From a virus (Duplodnaviria > Caudoviricetes): a DNA stretch of 39,283 nucleotides. The stretch spans positions 1 to 39,283 of IMG/VR virus record IMGVR_UViG_3300019459_000018, one strand, 5' to 3'. A program made the translations under genes and the position numbers. This document shows, piece by piece, positions 1-9,158 of the stretch; within the stretch, counting starts at the first letter, position 1, and each line of letters opens with the position of its first letter. The notes under the pieces were generated by a model that searched no databases, was not told the DNA's origin, and worked only from the letters and a program-made list of their open reading frames with translations.

Positions 1-1329
1 GACGAATCGGGTAAATGGGAACGGCCGGACAATATACTCAACAACTGGAGGGTTACAAAAACGTGTCTTAGACTTGGAGCAAAAATAGTTGGTAAGTGCA
101 TGATGGGTTCAACATCTAATGCAATTGAAAAAGGTGGTGATAATTTTAAAAAATTATATTATAATTCAGATGTTACAAATAGAAACCGCAATGGCCAGAC
201 TGCAAGTGGATTATATTCTTTGTTCATACCTATGGAATGGGGATACGAAGGGTTTATTGACAAATTCGGGTATCCTGTCTTCGAAACTCCATCAGAACCG
301 GTTGAAGGAATTGATGGCGAACAAATTTTTAATGGAGTCATCAATCATTGGAACAACGAGGTTGACGGTTTAAAAAACGACAGTGATGCTCTTAATGAAT
401 ATTATAGACAATTTCCAAGATCTGAAAAGCACGCTTTTAGAGATGAAACTATAAATTCTTTATTTAATCTAACTAAAATATACGAGCAAATAGATTATAA
501 TGAAGAAATGACTTTAAAGGGTTATGTGACTAGAGGTTCTTTTTCTTGGAAAAATGGAATAAAAGATACAAAAGTTATATGGTCACCAAATAAAACAGGA
601 AGATTTAATTTATCTTGGATACCTCCTGTTTCTTTACAAAACAATATAATTATAAAAAATGGTATTAAATTTCCTGGTAATGATGGTCTCGGGGCCTTTG
701 GGTGTGATAGCTATGACATCAGCGGTACTGTTGGCGGTGGTGGGTCTAACGGTGCTCTTCATGGATTAACCACTTGGAGCATGGTAAGTGATGTGCCTAA
801 TAGTAAATTTTTTTTAGAATATATTGCTAGACCTCAAACTGCAGAAATATTTTTTGAAGATGTTTTAATGGCGTGTGTATTTTATGGAATGCCAATATTA
901 GCAGAAAACAATAAACCTAGATTATTATATCATTTAAAACGTAGGGGTTATAGAGGATTTTCTATGAATCGTCCTGATAAAACAAAAATTAAATTATCTA
1001 AAACAGAATTAGAGTTGGGTGGAATACCCAATTCATCTGAAGACATTAGACAAGCGCATGCTGCAGCAATTGAAACATATATAGAATCCCACGTAGGCAA
1101 TCTAGGAGAGTCTCACGGTAATATGTATTTTCAAAGAACCTTAGAAGACTGGGCTAGATTTGATATTTCAAAAAGAACAGCGCATGATGCTTCTATTAGC
1201 AGCGGACTTGCTATAATGGCTTGTCAAAAACATTTATACCGACCCGTCGGTGAAAGAAAAACAAAAAAACTTGATTTTGGATTTTCTAAATATACAAATT
1301 CAGGATTAAGAAGTCAGATAATAAAATAA
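1..1329 (+). CDS. terL: Terminase large subunit (5'-truncated by window edge)
   Basis: Frame is open from nt 1 (DESGKWERPDN..., Walker B-type DE), followed by MGSTSN coupling motif, RNase H-like nuclease region (FGCDSYD, ENNKP, HDASISSGLA); directly upstream of portal-like gene. Confidence 0.9.
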   Translation, partial: DESGKWERPDNILNNWRVTKTCLRLGAKIVGKCMMGSTSNAIEKGGDNFKKLYYNSDVTNRNRNGQTASGLYSLFIPMEWGYEGFIDKFGYPVFETPSEPVEGIDGEQIFNGVINHWNNEVDGLKNDSDALNEYYRQFPRSEKHAFRDETINSLFNLTKIYEQIDYNEEMTLKGYVTRGSFSWKNGIKDTKVIWSPNKTGRFNLSWIPPVSLQNNIIIKNGIKFPGNDGLGAFGCDSYDISGTVGGGGSNGALHGLTTWSMVSDVPNSKFFLEYIARPQTAEIFFEDVLMACVFYGMPILAENNKPRLLYHLKRRGYRGFSMNRPDKTKIKLSKTELELGGIPNSSEDIRQAHAAAIETYIESHVGNLGESHGNMYFQRTLEDWARFDISKRTAHDASISSGLAIMACQKHLYRPVGERKTKKLDFGFSKYTNSGLRSQIIK

Positions 1330-1331
1330 AT

Positions 1332-3752
1332 ATGGCAAAAAATAAAGGACAAATAACACAGTTTCCGAGTCAAGCCGTCTCAGATGCAGTTAAAAAATCT
1401 AAGGATTATGGTTTATCTGTAGCTAGAGCGATTGAGCAAGACTGGTTTAACAAGGATAACGGGTCCGGAAGGTATTACCAAACACGTGATGAATATCACA
1501 GGTTAAGATTATACGCCAGGGGAGAGCAGTCAATAAGAAAGTACAAAGATGAATTTGCTATTAATGGTGATCTTTCTTATTTAAATCTTGATTGGAAACC
1601 AGTTCCTATTGTTCCTAAGTTTGTAGATATTGTTGTTAATGGAATGCAAGATAGGCTTTTTAGTATTAAAGCTTTTGCTCAAGATCCTATATCTACAGGT
1701 AAAAGAACAAAGTTTGTTAACAACATTCAAAGAGATTTAGCTGCAAAAAAAATATTAGCAGATATAGAAGCTGAATTAGGTGTTAATGCTCGTAATGTAC
1801 CTGAAGAAGAGCTTCCTGCAAATACGGAAGAGCTAGAGCTTTTTATGCAATTAAACTACAAGCAAGGTATTGAAATTGCTCAGGAACAAGCTATAAACAA
1901 TGTTTTTCTTTCAAATAAATATGATGAAATTAAAAGCAGAATTGATTATGATCTAGCTGTTATAGGTATTGGATGTGCTAAGCATTCTTTTAATAATACA
2001 GATGGTATTAAGCTTGATTATGTAGATCCCGCTAATTTAGTATGGTCATATACGGAAGATCCTAATTTTGCTGATTGTTATTATTTCGGTGAAGTAAAAA
2101 AAATAAAATTAAACGAATTAAAAAAGCAATTTCCATCTTTAACAGATGAAAAAATTGCAGAGTATACAAAAAAGGGTTCAAATTGGACAGACTATAATAA
2201 TATAGGTAATACTAATGATAATGTTATAGATGACAATAACGTAGTTACAGTATTATATTTTAACTGGAAAACTTGGGAAAATAATGTATACAAAATAAAA
2301 GAAACATCTACAGGTGCTGAAAAAGCTATTCCTAAAGATGATTCTTTTGATCCACCCAAAGATAAAAGAACTAGATTTCAAAAAGTTGCACAAGCAAGAG
2401 AGGTAATATACGAAGGAGCTTTTATTTTAGGTACTACAGAATTATTAAAGTGGGAAAAGGCGACTAACATGATTCGACCATTATCTAATACAAACAAGGT
2501 AATGATGAATTATATCGCAAGTGCACCAAGGCTTTATAAAGGAAATATCAATTCCTTAGTATCTAAAATGGCACCTTATGCAGATTTAATACAGCTAACA
2601 CATTTAAAATTACAGCAAGCAATACAAAGAATGACACCATCTGGTGTTTATTTAGATGCTGATGGTTTAGCTGAAATTGATTTAGGGAATGGCACAAGTT
2701 ACAACCCACAAGAAGCGTTAAACATGTATTTCCAAACCGGTTCTATAATCGGGCGATCTCAAACTGTGGATGGTGAAATGAATCCTGGCAAAGTGCCTAT
2801 TCAAGAACTACCTGGCGGCGGCGGTGGTCAAATACAAGTTTTAATAGGAGCATATAATCAGTACATACAAATGATGCGTGATGTTACTGGTTTAAATGAA
2901 GCAAGAGACGGATCTGATCCTGACCCAAAAGCTTTAGTAGGTGTTCAAAAACTGGCAGCTGCAAATAGTAATACAGCTACAAGACATATACTAACGAGTA
3001 GCATGTTTATTACAACTTCTTTAGCAGAAGCAATTTCTTTAAGATTTAAAGATGTATTAGAATTCCATCCATCAAAAGAAGCTTTTATAACTGCACTGGG
3101 TAGATTTACAGTTGGTTCTTTAGAAGAGCTAAAAGACTTGCATATGCATGATTTTGGTATATTCTTAGAATTAGAACCTGATCAAGAAGAAAAACAAATG
3201 CTAGAGGCTAATATACAAACAGCACTAGCACAAAAAAGTATATTTTTAGAAGACGCTATTGATATAAGAGAAATTAATAATACAAAATTAGCTAATCAAC
3301 TTTTAAAATTTAGAAGAATTAAAAAGCAACAGGTTGATCAAACCCAAGCTCAAGCTGCTAGTGCAGCTCAAGCGGAGGCTCAAGGTCAAGCACAAATTGT
3401 TGTTGAACAAGCAAAAGCGCAAGCAGAACAAATTAAAACAGAATCTAAAATTCAAGTTTCTACAGCTGAAAATGAGCTTTCTATTAAAAAGATGGAAGTT
3501 GAGGCAAGAACAAAAAGAGAACTTATGCAATATGAGTTTGATTTAAATGTTAGATTAAAACAATTAGAGTTACAAGCGCAAAAAGAGCTTGTTGAAAAGC
3601 AAAGTGAAACTCAAAAAGAAATAGCTAACACAAAAGTTAGTGCGTCCAAAATAACTGGACCGCCTGATACAGGCAAACCAAAAAAGTCCTTTGAGTCTAA
3701 AGGCAATGATGTTTTAGGGGGGTTTGATTTATCAAGATTTGAACCTAGATAA
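1332..3752 (+). CDS. Portal protein
   Basis: 806 aa after terminase; LSYLNLDWKPVPIVPKFVDIVVNGM motif recognised from Bacteroidota podophage portals; long C-terminal Q/E/A-rich coiled coil (P22-like barrel). Confidence 0.85.
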   Translation: MAKNKGQITQFPSQAVSDAVKKSKDYGLSVARAIEQDWFNKDNGSGRYYQTRDEYHRLRLYARGEQSIRKYKDEFAINGDLSYLNLDWKPVPIVPKFVDIVVNGMQDRLFSIKAFAQDPISTGKRTKFVNNIQRDLAAKKILADIEAELGVNARNVPEEELPANTEELELFMQLNYKQGIEIAQEQAINNVFLSNKYDEIKSRIDYDLAVIGIGCAKHSFNNTDGIKLDYVDPANLVWSYTEDPNFADCYYFGEVKKIKLNELKKQFPSLTDEKIAEYTKKGSNWTDYNNIGNTNDNVIDDNNVVTVLYFNWKTWENNVYKIKETSTGAEKAIPKDDSFDPPKDKRTRFQKVAQAREVIYEGAFILGTTELLKWEKATNMIRPLSNTNKVMMNYIASAPRLYKGNINSLVSKMAPYADLIQLTHLKLQQAIQRMTPSGVYLDADGLAEIDLGNGTSYNPQEALNMYFQTGSIIGRSQTVDGEMNPGKVPIQELPGGGGGQIQVLIGAYNQYIQMMRDVTGLNEARDGSDPDPKALVGVQKLAAANSNTATRHILTSSMFITTSLAEAISLRFKDVLEFHPSKEAFITALGRFTVGSLEELKDLHMHDFGIFLELEPDQEEKQMLEANIQTALAQKSIFLEDAIDIREINNTKLANQLLKFRRIKKQQVDQTQAQAASAAQAEAQGQAQIVVEQAKAQAEQIKTESKIQVSTAENELSIKKMEVEARTKRELMQYEFDLNVRLKQLELQAQKELVEKQSETQKEIANTKVSASKITGPPDTGKPKKSFESKGNDVLGGFDLSRFEPR

Positions 3753-3783
3753 AACTATTTAAATTATTTTATTATATACAATT

Positions 3784-5028
3784 ATGGAAGAACAAGTTAA
3801 AGTTAATGTTGTAGAAGACAATACTCCTCCTACAACACCACAAGAAAAAGAAGCTGCTGTTTTAGAACAGGCTATTGAAGAGGGTTCTGTTGATGAATCG
3901 TATGGTCTTCAAGACGACGGCGTTTACAAAGTAAATTTAGATAAACCACCAACACTTAAAGAAGATGCCATTCAAGAGCAAGAAACAGAGAGCGTATCTG
4001 TGGGCGATGGAGCCGAAGATAGCCCGGAAGTGGACGAACAAGTACGGGAGCAAGATACAAAAGAAGAAAACGAAAAAGAAGAAGTAATTGATGATTCACC
4101 ATTGCAATTAGTAAATGATGAACCACAAGAAGAAGAAAAACAAGAAGTACAGAAAGAAATCCAGCAAGAAACAAAACAGGAAGTAAAACAAGAAGAAACA
4201 AAAGTTGTTTTACCTGAAAATGTTGAAAAGCTGGTGCAATTCATGGAAGAAACTGGCGGAACGGTAGAAGATTATGTTAATCTTAATCGTGACATTTCTA
4301 AAATGGATAGCACAACTTTATTAAGAGAATATTATAAAAATACAAAACCTCATTTAGATGTAGATGATGTTGATTTTTTATTCAACAAAAACTTTGCATA
4401 TGATGAAGAGACGGACGATCCGTCAGAAATTAAGGCTAAGCAATTAGCTTTTAAAGAAGAATTATATAATGCCCAAAATTATTTCAACAATAGTAGGGAA
4501 AAATACTATGCCGATCTTAAGTTAAGAAAGCAAGAAAGTGTTGCTCCTGAATATGCTGAAGCTATGGAGTATTATAATAATTCTAAGCAACAATCAGAAG
4601 AGTATAATAATCTTCAAAAAGAGTTTATTGAAAAAACAAATAAAGTTTTTAATGATAATTTCAAAGGTTTTGATTTTAAGGTCGGAGAAAACAAATACAG
4701 GTTTAAAGTAGATAACACTGAAAAAGTTAAACAATATCAATCAGATATTTCTAATTTTATTAATGAATTTTTAGGTGACGACGGTTCTGTAGCAGATGCT
4801 GCAGGATACCATAGAGCATTATTTGCTGCTAAAAATGCAGATAAGATTGCAAATCACTTTTATGAGCAAGGCCGTGCCGACGCCGTGAAAGAATCTGCCA
4901 AGCAAGCAAAGAATATTAATATGGACCCTCGCTCTGATAATTCAACTATAAAAACCGAATACGGAGATAAAATTAGAGTTGTATCTGGAAATTCATCTGA
5001 TAAGTTGCGCATTAAATGGAATAAATAA
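3784..5028 (+). CDS. Probable capsid scaffolding/assembly protein
   Basis: 414 aa, very acidic low-complexity N-terminus, helical C-terminus (ANHFYEQGRADA); position between portal and capsid. Confidence 0.6.
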   Translation: MEEQVKVNVVEDNTPPTTPQEKEAAVLEQAIEEGSVDESYGLQDDGVYKVNLDKPPTLKEDAIQEQETESVSVGDGAEDSPEVDEQVREQDTKEENEKEEVIDDSPLQLVNDEPQEEEKQEVQKEIQQETKQEVKQEETKVVLPENVEKLVQFMEETGGTVEDYVNLNRDISKMDSTTLLREYYKNTKPHLDVDDVDFLFNKNFAYDEETDDPSEIKAKQLAFKEELYNAQNYFNNSREKYYADLKLRKQESVAPEYAEAMEYYNNSKQQSEEYNNLQKEFIEKTNKVFNDNFKGFDFKVGENKYRFKVDNTEKVKQYQSDISNFINEFLGDDGSVADAAGYHRALFAAKNADKIANHFYEQGRADAVKESAKQAKNINMDPRSDNSTIKTEYGDKIRVVSGNSSDKLRIKWNK

Positions 5029-5049
5029 CACAACTTAAAATCAAACAAA

Positions 5050-6585
5050 ATGGCTTTTACTGGTGGCATTCCTGCCGCATTACAACCAACTCAGTCTAAA
5101 ACACTTTATGCTGGGAATTACATTGACTTCACCTCAGCGGCGCATGATCAATGGACACAACAATTTTTACCCGATGTATACGAAAAAGAAGTAGAGCGCT
5201 ACGGAAATCGTTCAATCGGATCATTTTTAAGAATGGTATCTGCAGAGATGCCTTCAACTTCAGATCAAATTATCTGGACTGAGCAAGGGCGTTTACATAC
5301 CCGTTATGCAAATGTACTTCCTCAAGGAAGCGCAGCTACATTGCCAGCTGCTGGTGCTGCTGCTGTAATTGCAGCTAACGCTAATGCAGGTGGAGTATTA
5401 AACTTTACTATTCCTGCTCAGCCAACAAGTGTTGGTTTAACATCTGACACTACATCAAACTGTAACTTCAAAGTTGGTCAAACAGCTATGGTACAAGTTC
5501 AGTCATCTGCAACTTCTGCTGTTGGTGGAACTGCTGATGTTATTAAAGGTGTAGTAACAGCGGTTTCAGGCGCTAGCTTTCAAATTAAAGCTTACAAAGG
5601 TCACGCTGGCGTAACTGCTGCTGAACGAGTAACTGCAATGGTATATGGATCTGAATTTGCTAAAGGTACTGGAAACTTTACTGAAAAGCTAGATCCTAGC
5701 TATGCTACATTTACTAATGCTCCAATCATTATGAAAGAGCACTATTCAATCAATGGATCTGATACAGCTCAGATTGGATGGATTGAAGTAACCTCAGAAA
5801 ATGGAGCAGATGGATACCTATGGTACCTAAAATCAGAGCACGAAAATAGACTACGTTGGGAAGACTACGTAGAAATGGCTATGGTTGAAGGTGTTGAAAA
5901 AGCTGCTGGAGGAGCTAATATTGCTCTTGGAACTTATGGAGGTAGCCTTGCTGCACAAAATGCACGTGGTACTCAAGGGTTCTTTGACGCAATTGAAGAA
6001 AGAGGTAACGTATATTCAGGATTTGGAGCGCAGGCTACAGGTGGTGGAGCACTTACTGATTTCGATGCTGTTCTTAAGCAACTAGACAAGCAAGGGGCTA
6101 TTGAAGAAAACATGCTTTTCTTAAATCGCGATTTATCATTAGAAATTGATGATATTCTTGCTCAACAAAATGGTGGCTATGCTAGCGGTGGTACTTCTTA
6201 TGGAGTATTTAACAACAGTGAAGATATGGCACTTACTTTAGGGTTTACTGGATACCGCAGAGGATCTTATGACTTTTACAAAACTGACTGGAAATACTTA
6301 AATGACTGGTCAACTCGTGGAGGTTTTGGAGATGTTGAAGGTGTTTTAGTACCTGCTGGTACGTCTACTGTTTATGACCAACAACTTGGTACAAACATTA
6401 AGCGCCCATTCTTACACGTAAGATATAGAGCTTCAGAAACTGACAACAGAAAAATGAAATCTTGGATTACAGGATCTGTTGGAGGACCTACTAGCTCAGA
6501 TATTGACGAAATGAGAATGCACTATCTGACTGAAAGATGTCTTATTACTCAAGCTGCAAATAACTTTGTATTATTTAAAGCTTAA
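5050..6585 (+). CDS. Major capsid protein
   Basis: 511 aa; YEKEVERYGNR, WTEQGRLH, GFTGYRRGSYDFYKTDWKYLND, HYLTERCL motifs typical of this phage group's capsid; followed by a strong hairpin. Confidence 0.85.
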   Translation: MAFTGGIPAALQPTQSKTLYAGNYIDFTSAAHDQWTQQFLPDVYEKEVERYGNRSIGSFLRMVSAEMPSTSDQIIWTEQGRLHTRYANVLPQGSAATLPAAGAAAVIAANANAGGVLNFTIPAQPTSVGLTSDTTSNCNFKVGQTAMVQVQSSATSAVGGTADVIKGVVTAVSGASFQIKAYKGHAGVTAAERVTAMVYGSEFAKGTGNFTEKLDPSYATFTNAPIIMKEHYSINGSDTAQIGWIEVTSENGADGYLWYLKSEHENRLRWEDYVEMAMVEGVEKAAGGANIALGTYGGSLAAQNARGTQGFFDAIEERGNVYSGFGAQATGGGALTDFDAVLKQLDKQGAIEENMLFLNRDLSLEIDDILAQQNGGYASGGTSYGVFNNSEDMALTLGFTGYRRGSYDFYKTDWKYLNDWSTRGGFGDVEGVLVPAGTSTVYDQQLGTNIKRPFLHVRYRASETDNRKMKSWITGSVGGPTSSDIDEMRMHYLTERCLITQAANNFVLFKA

Positions 6586-6601
6586 TAAGGTTTTTAACTA
6601 T

Positions 6602-6640
6602 AGGATACGGGCTCTTCGGAGCCCAGTATTCTTATTTTAT
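6602..6640 (+). terminator. Hairpin/intrinsic terminator (probably leaky) after capsid gene
   Basis: AGGATAC-GGGCTC-TTCG-GAGCCC-A-GTATTCT stem with C(UUCG)G tetraloop followed by T-rich tract. Confidence 0.7.
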
Positions 6641-6651
6641 ATTATTTAATT

Positions 6652-7422
6652 ATGACAACAAAAACAACAAAAGCTCCTGACGCTGAAAAAGGATGGGAGA
6701 TAAAAGACAGAACATACGTATTAACCGGTAATAGATCACCTATTTCTTGGACAATACAAACAAAACACACAGCTAGAAAACCTTTGCTTTATTTTGATGA
6801 AGCAACCGGAATAAACAAAGAAATACGTTACGCTACAAACCAAAGATCTTTATTTGTAGATGGTCAAGATGGAGCTGTAACATTATCTCATGTAATGTTT
6901 TTAGATGGTGTATTATATGTTCCAAAAGAAGAACAAAATTTACAAAAATTACTTTCTTTATATCACCCAGAAAGAAATAAATTATGGGAAGAAGTTGACG
7001 AAGTACGAGAAGCTGAAGATGAAATTGACGTTTTAGAATTAGAACTTGAAGCTTTAAACTTAGTTAATGAAATTGATATTGAACATTTAGAAGCTATTAT
7101 GAGAACTGAGTTAGGTTCAACAGTTGCTAGTCTTTCTTCTAAAGAATTAAAAAGGGATGCGTATAGATTTGCTAAATCGCAACCAGTTTTATTTTTAGAA
7201 CTTGTTCAAGACGAAGATATAAAGTTAAGAAATCTAGCTAATAGAGCTGTTGAAGTTGGAATTTTACAACTTACTGATGACAATACTGTTTTTAAATTTG
7301 CTAATGGCAAAAAAGTTTTAACAGTACCATTTGAACAGCACCCATACGCGGCGTTAGCTCAATATTTTAAAACTGATGAAGGTGTAGATTTAATGAAATC
7401 TATAACAAAAAAGCTTTCATAA
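6652..7422 (+). CDS. Conserved phage protein of the head module, function unknown
   Basis: 256-aa ORF in the structural operon; no catalytic motif recognised. Confidence 0.6.
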   Translation: MTTKTTKAPDAEKGWEIKDRTYVLTGNRSPISWTIQTKHTARKPLLYFDEATGINKEIRYATNQRSLFVDGQDGAVTLSHVMFLDGVLYVPKEEQNLQKLLSLYHPERNKLWEEVDEVREAEDEIDVLELELEALNLVNEIDIEHLEAIMRTELGSTVASLSSKELKRDAYRFAKSQPVLFLELVQDEDIKLRNLANRAVEVGILQLTDDNTVFKFANGKKVLTVPFEQHPYAALAQYFKTDEGVDLMKSITKKLS

Positions 7423-7428
7423 ACACTT

Positions 7429-7457
7429 GGCGTAGAGTAAGAAATTAACTCTATGCC
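7429..7457 (+). promoter_or_regulatory. Intergenic RNA hairpin without U-tract
   Basis: GGCGTAGAGT / ACTCTATGCC 10-bp stem (one G.U) around an AT-rich loop in the 7423-7482 gap. Confidence 0.5.
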
Positions 7458-7482
7458 GTCTAAACCAACACAATAAATATAA

Positions 7483-8226
7483 ATGGTAAATATAGATAAC
7501 GTCTACAATACTGTATTAGTAATAACTAATAAGGACAACCGTGGATATATAACACCAGAAGAGTTTAATAGGCTAGCAAACCAAGCTCAAAATGAAATAT
7601 TTGAAAGCTATTTTAGAAAGCAATCTTCATATGAGCTCAATGCAAATATTACTAGCGATTTTGCAGATCCTGTTTTAAACACTTCTGAGAAAATAAATGA
7701 ATTTTACGGTGATGCTAATTTAGTATTAAGCAATGGTATTTTTAATTATCCTAGTGACTTTTATAGATTAGGCGTTGTATCTGTTAATAATAAAGTAGCA
7801 GATTTTGCACATCATTCAGATATAAAATATATTAACCAATCACCTTTAACCTACCCTGTTGATAGCCAACCTGTATATACGTTAGCTAAAAATGGGGTTA
7901 AGGTTTATCCTAGCACAATAACTACAGGTGTTAGTATAGATTATTTAAAAAAGCCTAACAGACCTAAATGGGGTTATATTATGCCTACAGCCGCGCAGAT
8001 AGCGGCAGGTGTACCTAACAAGCCTATTTATGATCCAACCGTATTTGATCCCGCTACGGATAGTTATAGTGCATCTGCAAAGTCTTATAATTTTGAGCTA
8101 CATGCTTCAGAAGAATATGATCTAGTTGTTAAAATTTTAACATACGCAGGAGTAGTTATAAAACAAGCTGATATAGCAGGATTTGGACAAGGTAAAGAAC
8201 AACAAATAGCAGCAACTGAACAATAA
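7483..8226 (+). CDS. Head-tail adaptor / tail ring protein (tail tubular protein A-like)
   Basis: 247 aa; NKDNRGYITPEEFN and YLKKPNRPKWGY motifs; position before nozzle; stop overlaps next start (TAATG). Confidence 0.6.
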   Translation: MVNIDNVYNTVLVITNKDNRGYITPEEFNRLANQAQNEIFESYFRKQSSYELNANITSDFADPVLNTSEKINEFYGDANLVLSNGIFNYPSDFYRLGVVSVNNKVADFAHHSDIKYINQSPLTYPVDSQPVYTLAKNGVKVYPSTITTGVSIDYLKKPNRPKWGYIMPTAAQIAAGVPNKPIYDPTVFDPATDSYSASAKSYNFELHASEEYDLVVKILTYAGVVIKQADIAGFGQGKEQQIAATEQ

Positions 8227-9149
8227 TGGCAATATCAAGAAAACCTTTAGATGTAAATAATTATTCTGCTTTAGATGGCGGAACAGGATTAGCTATACCG
8301 GGATACTATAGTAGAACAAACTTAAATGATATAATTAATAACTTTATGATTGCCTATGTAGGCGATGGAAAAGTTTTAACAAAGGTTCCTAGATATGAAG
8401 TAGCTTTTTGGGCACAAAGATCGGTTCAAGAATTTAGCTATGATGTTTTACATTCTGAAAAATCTATAGAAATAGAATTAAGCCCAACTAAAAGCATTTC
8501 TTTACCTTCTGACTACGTTAATTATGTTAGGATTGAATATACTGATGCTAACGGCGTAATGAAACCTATACTGCCAAGCAGAACAACTACAGCAAATAAA
8601 TCAGTTGCACAAGATCAAGATTATAAATATATATACGATCAAGAGGGTAATATAGTTTTTAAAGAAATATCTGAAACTATTGAAAAATATCAATCAGCTG
8701 AAAGATTAATGGACGTTCAACAAACTCAAGATTATTATAACGGCTATTTTGACACTGATGATTATTTGTATTACGGAAGAAGATACGGATCAACTCCTGA
8801 ATACCAAAATATAAATGGTACTTTTGTTTTAGATACAGAAGCTGGAAAAGTTTATTTTGATGCAGCATTTAAAGAAGGCACGTTTATAACTTTTACATAT
8901 ATATCTGACGGTTTAGGTGATAATGGCAATTTTGATAATGTATACGTTCCTAAATTAGCAGAAGACGCTGTATATGCTTCAATGCTTTATAATTTAGCTA
9001 AGCTTAGAGGTTCAGCCGCAGGTGCTGCTGGGCTTTACAAAAAAGAAGCTTCTTCTAAAATGCGAAATGCAAAAATAAGATTATCTAATATGAAGTCTAC
9101 TGAAATGGCTCAAATATTACGTAATAAAGCAAAGTGGATTAAACACTAA
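8226..9149 (+). CDS. Second ring/adaptor-type structural protein
   Basis: 307 aa; LPSDYVNYVRI, YISDGLG, VPKLAEDA, LRNKAKWIKH motifs; translationally coupled. Confidence 0.6.
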   Translation: MAISRKPLDVNNYSALDGGTGLAIPGYYSRTNLNDIINNFMIAYVGDGKVLTKVPRYEVAFWAQRSVQEFSYDVLHSEKSIEIELSPTKSISLPSDYVNYVRIEYTDANGVMKPILPSRTTTANKSVAQDQDYKYIYDQEGNIVFKEISETIEKYQSAERLMDVQQTQDYYNGYFDTDDYLYYGRRYGSTPEYQNINGTFVLDTEAGKVYFDAAFKEGTFITFTYISDGLGDNGNFDNVYVPKLAEDAVYASMLYNLAKLRGSAAGAAGLYKKEASSKMRNAKIRLSNMKSTEMAQILRNKAKWIKH

Positions 9150-9158
9150 TAAAATTGT

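Noticed and set aside
3760-3783. TTATTTTATTATAT-like leader shared with the region before 6652
   Set aside because: Only two copies of a very AT-rich string; compatible with ordinary SD-less Bacteroidota translation initiation regions.
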